From the NCBI RefSeq assembly GCF_054482595.1, contig NZ_CM137008.1: a DNA stretch of 64,000 bases. One strand, 5' to 3'. A program made the position numbers and the translations under genes. Of the stretch, positions 1 through 9,851 are shown piece after piece (position 1 is the first letter of the stretch; each line of letters starts with the position of its first letter). The notes beneath the pieces are model-generated. The model saw only the letters and a program-made list of their open reading frames with translations, made no database searches and was not told the DNA's origin.

Positions 1-533
1 GTTTCCACCGTCACTTCCAGCGGATCGTTAGTTGCAGAAGCCGAAGGCGGTACGATGCGATCAACGGCGGAATCGACAAAGCCAACGTGTTCTTCTACCC
101 ACGCTTTGGCGTCTTCCTGCAGGGCGTTCATCACATGGCCTTTCAGCTGCGTGGTGCCGCGGACCATGTTTTCACAAGCGATGATGTTCAGCGGAGATTC
201 ATTACCTTGTTCTTTACGTTTCACCAGCCCTTTGGCGATAGCCGGAGCAATACGTTCCAGCACTACCGGGCCAACGGCGGTAGTGACTAAATCAACCTGA
301 GCAATGAGATCAACGACATCATCACCAATGCTGCTGACAGCATTGACGCCGGAAACGGTATCTACCTGCTCGGTTTCACCTACCACATGAACCTGATAGC
401 TATGACGGGCATTCAGGGCATCAAGTACCACCTGATTGACATCGGCAAACGTCAGTTGTATACCCGCGTCTGCCAGCAGTTTACCGATAAAGCCACGACC
501 GATATTACCTGCGCCAAAATGTAATGCTTTCAT
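1..533 (-). CDS. mtlD: mannitol-1-phosphate 5-dehydrogenase, 5' part (3' end lies beyond the left edge)
   Basis: Reverse-strand ATG at 531-533 opens [34 protein letters not shown]... (Rossmann GxGxxG). I recognise this as E. coli MtlD. It lies directly downstream of mtlA on the same strand. Confidence 0.9.
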   Translation of the reverse strand, partial: MKALHFGAGNIGRGFIGKLLADAGIQLTFADVNQVVLDALNARHSYQVHVVGETEQVDTVSGVNAVSSIGDDVVDLIAQVDLVTTAVGPVVLERIAPAIAKGLVKRKEQGNESPLNIIACENMVRGTTQLKGHVMNALQEDAKAWVEEHVGFVDSAVDRIVPPSASATNDPLEVTVE

Positions 534-559
534 AGTATTAACCTTCATCAATGTTTTTA

Positions 560-762
<203 letters not shown>

Positions 763-2676
763 TTACTTATGACCTGCCAGCAGTTCCAGCACTTCATCCA
801 CGCTGGTGGTGTGTGCCAGACGCTCGATGACGGACTCATCATCCAGTGCATTGGTCAGGCTGGTGATAACCTGAATGTGCTCGTTGTTACGGGCAGCAAT
901 ACCAATCACCAGACGGGCAATGTCATCTTCTTCTTCACCGAAGCGCACGCCTTCCGGGTACTGGCAGAACACCACGCCCGTTTTCAGTACGCGATCTTTC
1001 GCTTCAACCGTACCGTGTGGCACCGCGATAGACTCACCCAGATAAGTCGGGGTCAGTTTTTCACGATCCAGCATCGCCTGAACGTATTCCGGCTCAACGT
1101 AACCGCCTTTCACCAGCTGCTCGCCAGCAAAACGAATCGCTTCTTCTTTGGTGGCCGCTTTGCGACCGAGGAAGATGTTCTCCGCGCCCAGTTTGAACAG
1201 GTTAGCACTGGAATCGTCAAAGCTGTCTTTCAGACTGTCTTTCACTTTCACTTCGTTTTCAGTATGGCGCTGGGCAGCAACCAGACGTTCGGTCAGGCTG
1301 GTGTACAGGCCGCTGTCGAGGAAGTTGGTCAGCGAAATATGCTGTGCCTGCGGAACCTGGCGCATAGCGCGTTCGGTCAGGTCACGGTGAGTGATGACGA
1401 GGTCCACATCTGGCGGCAGGTTGTTGATCGCACTGTTAGTGACCGAAATCTGCGACAGACCTGCATCCTGAATTTTCTTACGCAGCACGCCTGCGCCCAT
1501 CGCACTTGAACCCATACCGGCGTCACAGGCAACGATGATTTTACGTACGTGGCTCAGGTCGTTAGTCACATCGCCCGCAGACAGCGGAGATGCACCTTTA
1601 GACTCAGCTTTCATGTCCTGCATACGACGAGTTGCTGCTTCAATATCATCTTCTTCTTTCACTTTGCTGGTTTTCAGCAAAATAGCAGAGACAACAAAGG
1701 AGACAGCCATCGCCGCACACACACCCGCGATGTTAGCGAAATAAGCACCTTTTGGTGTCATCGCCAGTACAGCAAGGATAGAACCCGGAGATGCCGGAGA
1801 AACCAGACCACCGCCCAGGATAGTCAGCGTGAACACGCCAGTCATACCGCCGAGGATAACGGCCAGGATCAGACGCGGATTCATCAACACATACGGGAAG
1901 TAAATTTCGTGGATACCACCCAGGAAGTGGATAATTGCCGCACCGCCCGCAGACTGTTTAGCGCTACCACGACCAAAGAACATGTACGCCAGCAGCACGC
2001 CCATACCCGGACCTGGGTTAGCTTCAATCAGGAAGAATATGGATTTACCCAGTTCATGGGACTGCTGAATACCCAGCGGCGAGAAGATACCGTGGTTAAT
2101 GGCGTTGTTGAGGAACAGGATTTTCGCCGGTTCAACAAAGATAGACGCCAGCGGCAGCATGTCATGGACAACCATGAAGTTAACGCCCGCAGCCAGCATT
2201 TTGGACAGGGCTTCAACAATCGGGCCAATGCCGAGAAATGCCAGAATGGCGAGGATCATCCCGATGATGCCTGCGGAGAAGTTATTCACCAGCATCTCAA
2301 AACCGGATTTGATCTTACCGTCTACCCAGCGGTCGAAGTGCTTAATGCACCAGCCGCCCAGCGGACCTGCAATCATAGAACCGAGGAACATCGGCATGTC
2401 TGCGCCGACGATAACGCCCATGGTGGTGATGGCACCGACTACGCCGCCACGTTCGCCGCCTACCAGCTTACCACCGGTATAACCGATCAGCAGCGGCAGG
2501 AGATAAGTGATCATCGGCCCGACCAGCTTCGCCAGCGTCTCGTTCGGTAACCACCCTGTTGGAATAAATAACGCGGTGATGATACCCCACGCGATAAACG
2601 CGCCGATATTTGGCATCACCATGTTGCTGAGGAAACGACCAAAGCTTTGCACTTTGATCTTAATATCGGATGACAT
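763..2676 (-). CDS. mtlA: PTS mannitol-specific EIICBA component
   Basis: The 637-aa ORF opens [20 protein letters not shown]. Sequence and length match my memory of K-12 MtlA, with polytopic N-terminal, IIB and IIA segments. Confidence 0.95.
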   Translation of the reverse strand: MSSDIKIKVQSFGRFLSNMVMPNIGAFIAWGIITALFIPTGWLPNETLAKLVGPMITYLLPLLIGYTGGKLVGGERGGVVGAITTMGVIVGADMPMFLGSMIAGPLGGWCIKHFDRWVDGKIKSGFEMLVNNFSAGIIGMILAILAFLGIGPIVEALSKMLAAGVNFMVVHDMLPLASIFVEPAKILFLNNAINHGIFSPLGIQQSHELGKSIFFLIEANPGPGMGVLLAYMFFGRGSAKQSAGGAAIIHFLGGIHEIYFPYVLMNPRLILAVILGGMTGVFTLTILGGGLVSPASPGSILAVLAMTPKGAYFANIAGVCAAMAVSFVVSAILLKTSKVKEEDDIEAATRRMQDMKAESKGASPLSAGDVTNDLSHVRKIIVACDAGMGSSAMGAGVLRKKIQDAGLSQISVTNSAINNLPPDVDLVITHRDLTERAMRQVPQAQHISLTNFLDSGLYTSLTERLVAAQRHTENEVKVKDSLKDSFDDSSANLFKLGAENIFLGRKAATKEEAIRFAGEQLVKGGYVEPEYVQAMLDREKLTPTYLGESIAVPHGTVEAKDRVLKTGVVFCQYPEGVRFGEEEDDIARLVIGIAARNNEHIQVITSLTNALDDESVIERLAHTTSVDEVLELLAGHK

Positions 2677-2819
2677 AAAAACACCCCTTCTTATGTTTGC
2701 TGTCGCGCAGGCTGGAAGCCCGAGGTTTTTTGTTAATGTGGCGGCAGAGGTAGCCGGACCTTGTAGATACTGCGAAATCTGGCACTGAATCGGTTAACTG
2801 TCCAGTCGACGGCCTTTTG

Positions 2820-3039
2820 TGTGATATCAGTCACATAAATATAGGGGGTAGAGAGGTAATTGACGTGATACTCATCACAAAACGCTTGTGTAAAAAAGCA
2901 ACAAGACGGCGATTTTCGCTAAAAATGGCATTTAAATGTGAGTAGTGTCACATTTTTGTTTTGATGGTTTGTTGAATCTTTGTGATCTGAATCACAAGAT
3001 ATTTTCTTACGGCGTTCACCTGATGTGATCTACAGCATG
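2820..3039 (-). promoter_or_regulatory. mtl operon control region with a cluster of CRP-type sites
   Basis: TGTGA-N6-TCACA matches lie at 2820-2835, 2937-2952 and 2981-2996 (all perfect). Another lies at 2864-2879 (cGTGA-N6-TCACA), and a half-site at 3024-3039. All are upstream of the mtlA start at 2676. The mtl promoter is known to carry multiple CRP sites. Confidence 0.75.
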
Positions 3040-3212
3040 TTATGCCTTCGTCATACAATCGTTATGTAACTAAGCAACTCATCACCTCTAAAAATTATTC
3101 TTTGGTGTTATGGCGAGAATCGCGAACCCGGATTATTGTCAAAATATCAGCCTGACTCCCTTCTGGCTGCCAGCCCAAAAACAACACTGATAAACGTGAA
3201 TCCGAGGCAGAT

Positions 3213-3575
3213 ATGTTTCTAAACTATTTCGCGTTGGGAGTGCTGATCTTCGTCTTTCTGGTGATTTTTTATGGAATCATCGCGATACATGACATCCCTT
3301 ATCTGATTGCCAAAAAGCGCAATCACCCCCATGCCGACGCTATTCATACGGCGGGCTGGGTGAGCCTGTTTACTCTGCATGTTATCTGGCCGTTTCTGTG
3401 GATCTGGGCGACGCTCTATCAACCGGAGCGTGGCTGGGGTATGCAGTCACATGTTGCGTCGCAGGAGAAAGCAACTGACCCGGAAATCGCCTCACTTTCT
3501 GACCGAATTTCCCGGCTGGAGCATCAACTCGCCGCCGAGAAAAAGACTGACTATTCCACGTTCCCGGAGATCTAA
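3213..3575 (+). CDS. yibI: small inner-membrane protein (DUF3302 family), partner of YibH
   Basis: The 120-aa ORF opens [45 protein letters not shown]. It is a paralogue of the yiaW product at 21791 and ends 2 nt before yibH. Confidence 0.85.
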   Translation: MFLNYFALGVLIFVFLVIFYGIIAIHDIPYLIAKKRNHPHADAIHTAGWVSLFTLHVIWPFLWIWATLYQPERGWGMQSHVASQEKATDPEIASLSDRISRLEHQLAAEKKTDYSTFPEI

Positions 3576-3577
3576 TT

Positions 3578-4714
3578 ATGGATCTATTGATTGTTTTAAC
3601 TTACGTGGCGCTGGCGTGGGCGGTCTTTAAAATCTTCCGCATTCCGGTAAATCAGTGGACGCTGGCGACGGCGGCGCTGGGAGGCGTGTTTCTGGTGAGT
3701 GGTTTGATTTTGTTGATGAACTACAACCACCCTTACACTTTTACCGCGCAAAAGGCAGTGATAGCGATCCCTATCACGCCACAGGTGACGGGAATTGTTA
3801 CTGAAGTCACTGACAAGAATAATCAGCTTATTCAAAAGGGCGAGGTGCTTTTTAAGCTCGACCCGGTTCGTTACCAGGCGCGAGTTGACAGACTTCAGGC
3901 TGACCTGATGACGGCGACGCATAATATAAAAACGCTGCGCGCCCAGCTCACTGAAGCGCAGGCCAACACCACCCAGGTTTCAGCGGAGCGCGACCGTCTG
4001 TTTAAAAATTATCAACGTTACCTGAAAGGCAGCCAGGCGGCGGTGAATCCGTTCTCGGAACGTGACATCGACGATGCGCGGCAAAATTTCCTCGCGCAGG
4101 ATGCGTTAGTGAAAGGCTCGGTGGCGGAGCAGGCGCAGATCCAGAGTCAGCTCGACAGTATGGTCAACGGCGAGCAATCGCAGATTGTGAGCTTAAGAGC
4201 GCAACTTACTGAAGCAAAATATAATCTTGAGCAGACTGTCATTCGCGCACCAAGCAATGGCTACGTCACTCAGGTACTGATCCGCCCAGGCACATACGCA
4301 GCTGCCTTGCCGTTGCGTCCGGTGATGGTTTTCATCCCCGAGCAAAAACGGCAAATTGTCGCCCAATTTCGGCAAAACTCGCTGTTACGTCTGAAACCTG
4401 GCGATGATGCGGAAGTGGTGTTTAACGCGCTACCTGGGCAGGTGTTCCACGGCAAACTGACCAGTATTTTACCTGTCGTGCCAGGCGGTTCTTATCAGGC
4501 GCAGGGGGTATTGCAATCATTAACGGTCGTGCCCGGCACGGACGGTGTGCTGGGAACCATTGAACTGGACCCTAACGATGATATCGATGCCTTACCCGAC
4601 GGCATTTACGCCCAGGTGGCAGTTTACTCCGACCATTTCAGCCATGTTTCGGTGATGCGAAAAGTGCTGCTAAGAATGACCAGCTGGATGCATTATCTTT
4701 ATTTGGATCATTGA
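3578..4714 (+). CDS. yibH: HlyD-family membrane-fusion-like protein
   Basis: The ORF is 378 aa, with an N-terminal TM segment, a long coiled-coil-like middle and a shared C-terminus ...[31 protein letters not shown]. It is a clear paralogue of yiaV at 22120. Confidence 0.88.
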   Translation: MDLLIVLTYVALAWAVFKIFRIPVNQWTLATAALGGVFLVSGLILLMNYNHPYTFTAQKAVIAIPITPQVTGIVTEVTDKNNQLIQKGEVLFKLDPVRYQARVDRLQADLMTATHNIKTLRAQLTEAQANTTQVSAERDRLFKNYQRYLKGSQAAVNPFSERDIDDARQNFLAQDALVKGSVAEQAQIQSQLDSMVNGEQSQIVSLRAQLTEAKYNLEQTVIRAPSNGYVTQVLIRPGTYAAALPLRPVMVFIPEQKRQIVAQFRQNSLLRLKPGDDAEVVFNALPGQVFHGKLTSILPVVPGGSYQAQGVLQSLTVVPGTDGVLGTIELDPNDDIDALPDGIYAQVAVYSDHFSHVSVMRKVLLRMTSWMHYLYLDH

Positions 4715-5173
4715 GGGGGAAGGGGGAGATTATGGAACTTTGCTCCCTGTAAGGACTAATTATTTTTGCATATTATTTCATCGGCTGTGATGATTTTTCG
4801 TTAATATCCATTATGTTAAGAAGTTCGGGATGAGTGTGAACTCATTGGATTTTTTATCCGTCTTGATCTGCCGAAGGATCAGACTATACATTGTCGAGAT
4901 CGCAATGATGATATGAGTTGTTCCTCCTGCGACGGCTCTAATCAAAAAAGAGCAGGAGTGCTTTTCCATCTATTGCGATGATGGCTTTATTATCTGAAGG
5001 ATGACAGTCACATTTAAAAAATATTTAATCTATAGATCACAATGTAGGGTCATGGAATATATGTATACAACTATTTTCTTCTTCACTTTTAATTATCGTG
5101 TTCATTATAAAACCAAGTTAAAAAAACTCCTGGAGAGTGACTTATTAATATATTTTTAAATAAAATTAAGTTA

Positions 5174-5695
5174 TTATTCATCGATGCATTTTATAGAATC
5201 ATCAATGGCCATAATAGTACTATTAACTCTCCACTTTATATTTTTATCATCACTACAAATATTAACTGAATTTATATCAATGATTTTTTTATTCTTATCT
5301 TTTGTTTTATTTACTGTTTCAATGCAATCAGCGGCAAGTTGGAGTGGATTTAGATTTTTCAGATATGGTCTTATGATCTTTCCCTTACTTAATAAATAGC
5401 ATGTATAGGATTCGGAAAGTCCAGCATCTATTTTGTACCTCATTATATTAGATAAGGATGTGAGAAATTCCTTGTTATCATTCGCAGCCATATATGCCAG
5501 TCCGAGTTCAGCCTCTGCGGCCTTACAGGCAAAATAGCTAAGTGAACACGCTTTTCGTCCCTCTTTAGTACTGGCTGATATTAGTGCCCATAATATTGCT
5601 TTGTCTGCCAAATCTAACTCTCTCTGAAATTGTCTTGCAGTAACTGCACTCGCAGAAATAGAGAAAAAAAATACAATTGTTAATAACTTTGCCAT
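5174..5695 (-). CDS. putative secreted (periplasmic) immunity protein for the downstream-most orphan Rhs toxin
   Basis: The 173-aa ORF starts 5 nt after the orphan toxin stop (5701-5703). Its N-terminus MAKLLTIVFFFSISASA/VTA looks like a Sec signal peptide with an AxA site. It is AT-rich like the adjacent toxin tail. I recognise no catalytic motif. Confidence 0.6.
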   Translation of the reverse strand: MAKLLTIVFFFSISASAVTARQFQRELDLADKAILWALISASTKEGRKACSLSYFACKAAEAELGLAYMAANDNKEFLTSLSNIMRYKIDAGLSESYTCYLLSKGKIIRPYLKNLNPLQLAADCIETVNKTKDKNKKIIDINSVNICSDDKNIKWRVNSTIMAIDDSIKCIDE

Positions 5696-5700
5696 ATTTT

Positions 5701-6594
5701 TTAGTCCGTAACTGTTAATGTGCTATCTGGCTCTGAAAATATTAACTCATTTAATTTTTGCATGTCATTAGATGAACCAGTTATACAACCCTCGGAACAG
5801 AATCGAGGTCCTAAAGACGGACCGAAAGCGTTTAAACAACTATGTGTTAAAAATCCATCACGATTATATGTTTCTGTATTTGCTGACGGTACTAAACGTA
5901 TACCATTAGGTTTTCTATTGGTTGCTCCAGGACCATTAACATTCCAGCTCCATACCCCTTGAGGTATTGGACCTCTATTTTGTAAGTGTGTACAACCAGG
6001 ATTATTTTTACATTGCATATTATTACCATTATTACCAGAGGCGACAGGAATAGTAAGCACATCATAAGAGTTATCATCATTTTGCGTATCTGAAACGCAT
6101 GAAAGCATACTTAAAGTTATGCTGTATAAACAGGTCGCTAATCCCAACGGGTCAATATCAGTTATCGGATTCAACGGATACTGATAAAAATTCCATCCCC
6201 CTTTCAGCCCAATCGGATCCTGAGTGATATATCGCCCCTGCAGCGGGTCATAATAGCGGTGGCGGTTGTAATACAGGCCGGACTCCTCATCATACTGCTG
6301 CCCCGGCAGGCGGATAAGCTGCTGCAGCTGATGCGGGTTCTCTTCATTCAGCAGGTTGCCCCACTCATCGTATTCTGCGCACCATTCTGTAGCACCTTCC
6401 GTGCTGATAAGCGCCAGCGGCAGGCCGCGATGGTCGCAGTGGTACAGGTGGATTTTTCGCGCCGGCGTGTACACCGGGTCCATCTGGTTTTGCATCTGCG
6501 CCACCGTCAGGCCGCACGATGCCAGCCAGCGGCGGCTTTCCTCACTCACCCGGTCAGCCAGGATTTCACTTTCCAGCCGGTCGAGCATCTGCAC
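5701..6594 (-). CDS. orphan Rhs C-terminal fragment: about 150 aa of Rhs core, DPLGL, then a 145-aa toxin tail with an L,D-transpeptidase-fold (Tlde1/DUF2778-like) signature
   Basis: Residues (M)[23 protein letters not shown]...[27 protein letters not shown] repeat the rhsA core 3' end. DPLGL lies at 6139-6153. The tail (5704-6138) contains GPIPQGVW and FLTHSC-x13-SEGCI. There is no ATG with a Shine-Dalgarno at the 5' end; the frame opens just after a TGA and the first starts are GTG 6594 and ATG 6588. It occupies the position of K-12 yibJ. Confidence 0.75.
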   Translation of the reverse strand: MQMLDRLESEILADRVSEESRRWLASCGLTVAQMQNQMDPVYTPARKIHLYHCDHRGLPLALISTEGATEWCAEYDEWGNLLNEENPHQLQQLIRLPGQQYDEESGLYYNRHRYYDPLQGRYITQDPIGLKGGWNFYQYPLNPITDIDPLGLATCLYSITLSMLSCVSDTQNDDNSYDVLTIPVASGNNGNNMQCKNNPGCTHLQNRGPIPQGVWSWNVNGPGATNRKPNGIRLVPSANTETYNRDGFLTHSCLNAFGPSLGPRFCSEGCITGSSNDMQKLNELIFSEPDSTLTVTD

Positions 6595-6620
6595 CGTGCC
6601 GGCGGGAATCCCCCACTGTG
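6154..6620 (-). repeat. third copy of the rhsA core 3' segment (about 0.45 kb)
   Basis: It is near-identical at nucleotide level to 10319-10790 and 8448-8915. For example, ggatcctgagtgatata.cgcccctgcagcgggtcataatagcggtggcggttgtaatacaggcc is present in all three. Confidence 0.9.
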
Positions 6621-6635
6621 CATAGGCAACTCACG

Positions 6636-7478
6636 CTATGAACGCTTCAGCTTATCAATAGCGGAAGTTATAATTTCATTGTCATCAAACTTGTACAACA
6701 TAGTATCTAAAACAGGAAGTAGCGTTTTATCACCTAATTCACCCGCAGCTTCAATGATATCATCATAAACAGTATTTTTTTTTAACTCATCGCATAAAAC
6801 AGATAAAACCCTTTTATCTTTTCTGTAGGAAAGTCAGATTATTGCTTCAATACGGACTTCCTCATTTTTATCCTGAAGCATCTCCACAAAATAATCCCTA
6901 ATATCACTATTATCATATTTATTGATATTTATTGCAAATGCGGCCCAGTTTCTGACATCTCCATTTGGATCTTTTAACAGATTAATCAATAGTGGAATTG
7001 TTGCTTTATCATTGATAACAGAAATAGCAAATGCTGTAGCACGTCTGACATTAGTCGATTTATCAAAAGCAGTAATTTGAGATTGTTCTACTATTTTAGG
7101 TGAATAATTTGGGTTTTTCTTGCATCGCTGAGCCGTTGACTCGATTGCCGTAGCTCGAACGCAAGCGCTCTTATCATTCAATGCCATATTGTTCAAAATA
7201 TTAAAAACATTATCTTCGCATTTTTTGCAAATTTTTATTTGCCCGAGTATAAATGCTCCGATATCTCTACGGATATAATTTTTATCAGAGCAGAACTCAA
7301 TTGCCAATCTAACAGCGTCTTGCCCACCTCTTAACTGTAATACTCTGGCAGATGAAATCCTTTTCAAGGAATTGTGATCATCAAGTAAGCGAAATAATTC
7401 ATCATCATTTAGTTTCTTACATTGATTATATAAACCATACTCTTTACTTGCCTTTCTTTTCTGGTATGTATTTGACAT
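6636..7478 (-). pseudogene. yibA: HEAT-repeat protein YibA (K-12 RhsA-associated immunity-type gene) interrupted by an in-frame TGA
   Basis: MSNTYQKRKASKEYGLYNQCKKLNDDELFRLLDDHNSLKR... matches my memory of K-12 YibA (280 aa). The frame reads ...GAA GCA ATA ATC TGA CTT TCC TAC AGA AAA GAT, with TGA at 6834-6836. It continues in the same frame to TAG at 6636-6638, encoding ...LSYRKDKRVLSVLCDELKKNTVYDDIIEAAGELGDKTLLPVLDTMLYKFDDNEIITSAIDKLKRS. The total is 281 codons, the K-12 length. Confidence 0.85.
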
Positions 7479-7498
7479 TGCAGGAACCTCCACAAAGG

Positions 7499-7540
7499 CT
7501 ATCTTTTTTTATCGTTTGACTGTCTGGAGTCCTCCACCTA
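7499..7540 (-). other. relic of the 3' end of a K-12-type rhsA toxin tail, still 20 nt upstream of yibA
   Basis: The reverse strand reads TAG GTG GAG GAC TCC AGA CAG TCA AAC GAT AAA AAA AGA TAG, encoding ...SRQSNDKKR*. I recall this as the C-terminus of K-12 RhsA. The 20-nt spacer to the yibA ATG matches the K-12 arrangement as I remember it. Confidence 0.6.
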
Positions 7541-7582
7541 CTCTGCCATCAGCGCACACGATGTTTGATTATCCTTACATAC

Positions 7583-7966
7583 TTATTTTCCGTGGCCAAA
7601 ATTCAGAATTCTCCCATCATTTTTGCCTATTTCTATAATAAAAACCCCACCAGCAATTTGGTCTGAGTGAATGGTACCTTCAACAACCCAACTTGTTGTT
7701 AACTCAGTGATTTCGTATGGTTTTTCTTCTTCTGCGGCATCCTGTCCATAACGATTCTTAACATATATCTCAGCTAATTCCAATGCTATAGCTTTATTTT
7801 TAACCAAATTTCTAACGGTATATTTACCTTCACTTTCATACTTGCGCATTATTTTAATATTATTATTACACTGCGCCCATGTGTTGTATGTAAAAACAAA
7901 CAAAGATACAATGACACATTTCCTAAACAATATTTTTTTACATATTACCATGAACTCTGCAGACAT
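7583..7966 (-). CDS. YbbC/YhhH-type (NTF2-fold) Rhs immunity protein with probable signal peptide
   Basis: The 127-aa ORF contains ...[42 protein letters not shown]...[22 protein letters not shown]. This closely resembles K-12 YbbC/YhhH, the genes immediately 3' of rhsD and rhsB. The hydrophobic N-terminus is [24 protein letters not shown]. It overlaps the upstream toxin ORF by 29 nt, so the true start is uncertain (7966 or 7951). Confidence 0.75.
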   Translation of the reverse strand: MSAEFMVICKKILFRKCVIVSLFVFTYNTWAQCNNNIKIMRKYESEGKYTVRNLVKNKAIALELAEIYVKNRYGQDAAEEEKPYEITELTTSWVVEGTIHSDQIAGGVFIIEIGKNDGRILNFGHGK

Positions 7967-9407
7967 TAGGTAATCCTTTTCCGTTTGTTATTTCCTTCCC
8001 GTGGTTATCTATTGCTTTAAAATTACCACTGGGCGTACCTAAATAAAATGACTTGATATTGTTATCTTTACTTTTAACTATTTTCTCATCTTTACCTGAA
8101 AATATTTCGTCCCAATATTCTCCATGACTATCTGCACCATGAGTATGATAAGCTGATACTTTCTCAGTACCATTAGGGCAAGGGCTATTGAATGGATATG
8201 ATCCTTTTCTTTCTCCTCGGTTAGGTGCTGTTGAGAAATATCTGCCACTATTATCCTTACATATTAAACCAGCGAACTCTTTATCTTCGCAAATAGATTG
8301 GCTATTTATTTTATTTAAGGCGTCATATGCGGTGCTATCTATAGAATCAAATTTATCTGGACCTATCATAGCGGATAGTGTGCCGCAAAGACCATTAGTA
8401 CATGCCCCCGATTTTGCATCCTCCCACATAGATAAACCCAGGGGGTCGATGTCTGATATCGGATTCAATTGATATCCATACAGGTTCCATCCCCCCTTCA
8501 GCCCAATCGGATCCTGAGTGATATACCTCCCCTGCAGCGGGTCATAATAGCGGTGGCGGTTGTAATACAGGCCGGACTCCTCATCATACTGCTGACCCGG
8601 CAGGCGGATGAGCTGCTGCAGCTGGTGCGGGTTCTCTTCATTCAGCAGGTTGCCCCATTCATCGTATTCTGCGCACCATTCTGTAGCCCCTTCCGTGCTG
8701 ATAAGCGCCAGCGGCAGGCCGCGATGGTCGCAGTGGTACAGGTGGATTTTTCGCGCCGGCGTGTACACCGGGTCCATCTGGTTTTGCATCTGCTCCACCG
8801 TCAGGCCGCACGATGCCAGCCAGCGGCGGCTTTCCTCACTCACCCGGTCAGCCAGGATTTCACTTTCCAGCCGGTCGAGCATCTGCACCAGCACCGGCGG
8901 GAACACCACACTGCCACCGTCTTCGCCGCCGGACTGCTGAAGGGCATCCGCCAGGCTGCGGCGCTGCGTTTTCGCCAGCTCACCGGTGGCAGTTTCGACC
9001 CTGATGAGTGGCGTGAAGCTCCCCGGCTGATAAATCGTCTGGATGCGGCTCCTGTCGTTCTGTATCGTGGTCAGCCGGTCGCCGTCCCAGCCGTACCAGG
9101 TCACTTGCGGTTTCCGTGACAGCGACATCCAGCCCGTCAGGTCCCGTTCACGCCGCCACACCCGTTTTGCCACCCTGCGGCCCAGCGGGTCGTAAAGATA
9201 GCGACTTTCGACCAGCGGCTCTGCATATTGTGTCCGCGTGTAGTGCACCAGCCGGTGCTGACTGTCGTAATGGTACCGGTGGGTGCGCTCATCATCCGTG
9301 CGGATAACCCCTTCCGGGATGAGGTCGGTTTTCTCCGTCAGCCTGCCGTGACGGTCATACCGGTAAAGATAGTGCGCGTCACGGGCGATACGGTTATCCG
9401 GCCACAT
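7938..9407 (-). CDS. orphan Rhs C-terminal fragment: about 325 aa of Rhs core, DPLGL, then a 164-aa RhsD/RhsB-type tail (DUF4329-like)
   Basis: [29 protein letters not shown]... duplicates the rhsA core. DPLGL lies at 8433-8447. The tail [17 protein letters not shown]...[15 protein letters not shown]...[23 protein letters not shown] resembles the K-12 RhsD C-terminus as I recall it. The first ATG is an internal core Met with no Shine-Dalgarno, so the fragment is probably silent unless recombined. Confidence 0.8.
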   Translation of the reverse strand: MWPDNRIARDAHYLYRYDRHGRLTEKTDLIPEGVIRTDDERTHRYHYDSQHRLVHYTRTQYAEPLVESRYLYDPLGRRVAKRVWRRERDLTGWMSLSRKPQVTWYGWDGDRLTTIQNDRSRIQTIYQPGSFTPLIRVETATGELAKTQRRSLADALQQSGGEDGGSVVFPPVLVQMLDRLESEILADRVSEESRRWLASCGLTVEQMQNQMDPVYTPARKIHLYHCDHRGLPLALISTEGATEWCAEYDEWGNLLNEENPHQLQQLIRLPGQQYDEESGLYYNRHRYYDPLQGRYITQDPIGLKGGWNLYGYQLNPISDIDPLGLSMWEDAKSGACTNGLCGTLSAMIGPDKFDSIDSTAYDALNKINSQSICEDKEFAGLICKDNSGRYFSTAPNRGERKGSYPFNSPCPNGTEKVSAYHTHGADSHGEYWDEIFSGKDEKIVKSKDNNIKSFYLGTPSGNFKAIDNHGKEITNGKGLPNVCRVHGNM

Positions 9408-9497
9408 GCTGAGGGCGCTGTCCGGGTGCAGCTCCGGGTCGGGCAGGCGGTTACCTGCCGGGTCTGTGGCATACGGGATATCAATGCCCAGGTTACA
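8448..9497 (-). repeat. second copy of the rhsA core 3' segment (about 1.0 kb)
   Basis: It aligns with 10319-11367 with only scattered substitutions. Protein-level differences include RHGRL/RYGRL, EGVIRT/EGGIRT, ELAKTQ/ELARTQ and ATEWC/ATAWC. Similarity decays at [10 protein letters not shown] versus [10 protein letters not shown]. Confidence 0.9.
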
Positions 9498-9524
9498 TAT
9501 AATAATAAGAGCAATTAACTTAAT

Positions 9525-9851
9525 TTATTTGTTTATAATGCGCTTACTTAATACAAACCATTGAATATACCCTCCTGACAGAAAATAAAGCCATATTATT
9601 ATCGCCATAATATACTTACTATCAATCCTTACGCCAATAATGTCTGATACAGTCCCTATAAATATTAGAGCAATAAAGAATACTATGCCTGTTGGAAAAC
9701 ATATTACCATCATTCCATAAGACATGAGACTAATTAACTCGCTCACATCACGAGTGGAGTCTAATAGTGAAAGTCTATGCATGGAAAAGAATAGTATTAA
9801 AAGCGATAAAGCCAGCCATATAGCTCTGAATAAAAAAATAATATATTTCAT
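9525..9851 (-). CDS. small polytopic membrane protein, presumed cognate immunity (RhsI) for the rhsA C-terminal toxin
   Basis: The 108-aa ORF has three hydrophobic segments (IIFLFRAIWLALSLLILFF, MSYGMMVICFPTGIVFFIALIFIG, IMAIIIWLYFLSGGYIQWFVL). Its ATG (9849-9851) shares one nt with the rhsA TAA (9851-9853), reading TAATG. It is AT-rich. Confidence 0.7.
   Translation of the reverse strand: MKYIIFLFRAIWLALSLLILFFSMHRLSLLDSTRDVSELISLMSYGMMVICFPTGIVFFIALIFIGTVSDIIGVRIDSKYIMAIIIWLYFLSGGYIQWFVLSKRIINK

Noticed and set aside
6834-6836. The in-frame TGA in yibA could be a selenocysteine codon, given that selA and selB are in the same window.
   Set aside because: I see no SECIS-like hairpin immediately 3' of the TGA, and the region is AT-rich. 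As I recall, the K-12 orthologue has an ordinary Gly codon here. A nonsense mutation is the simplest reading.
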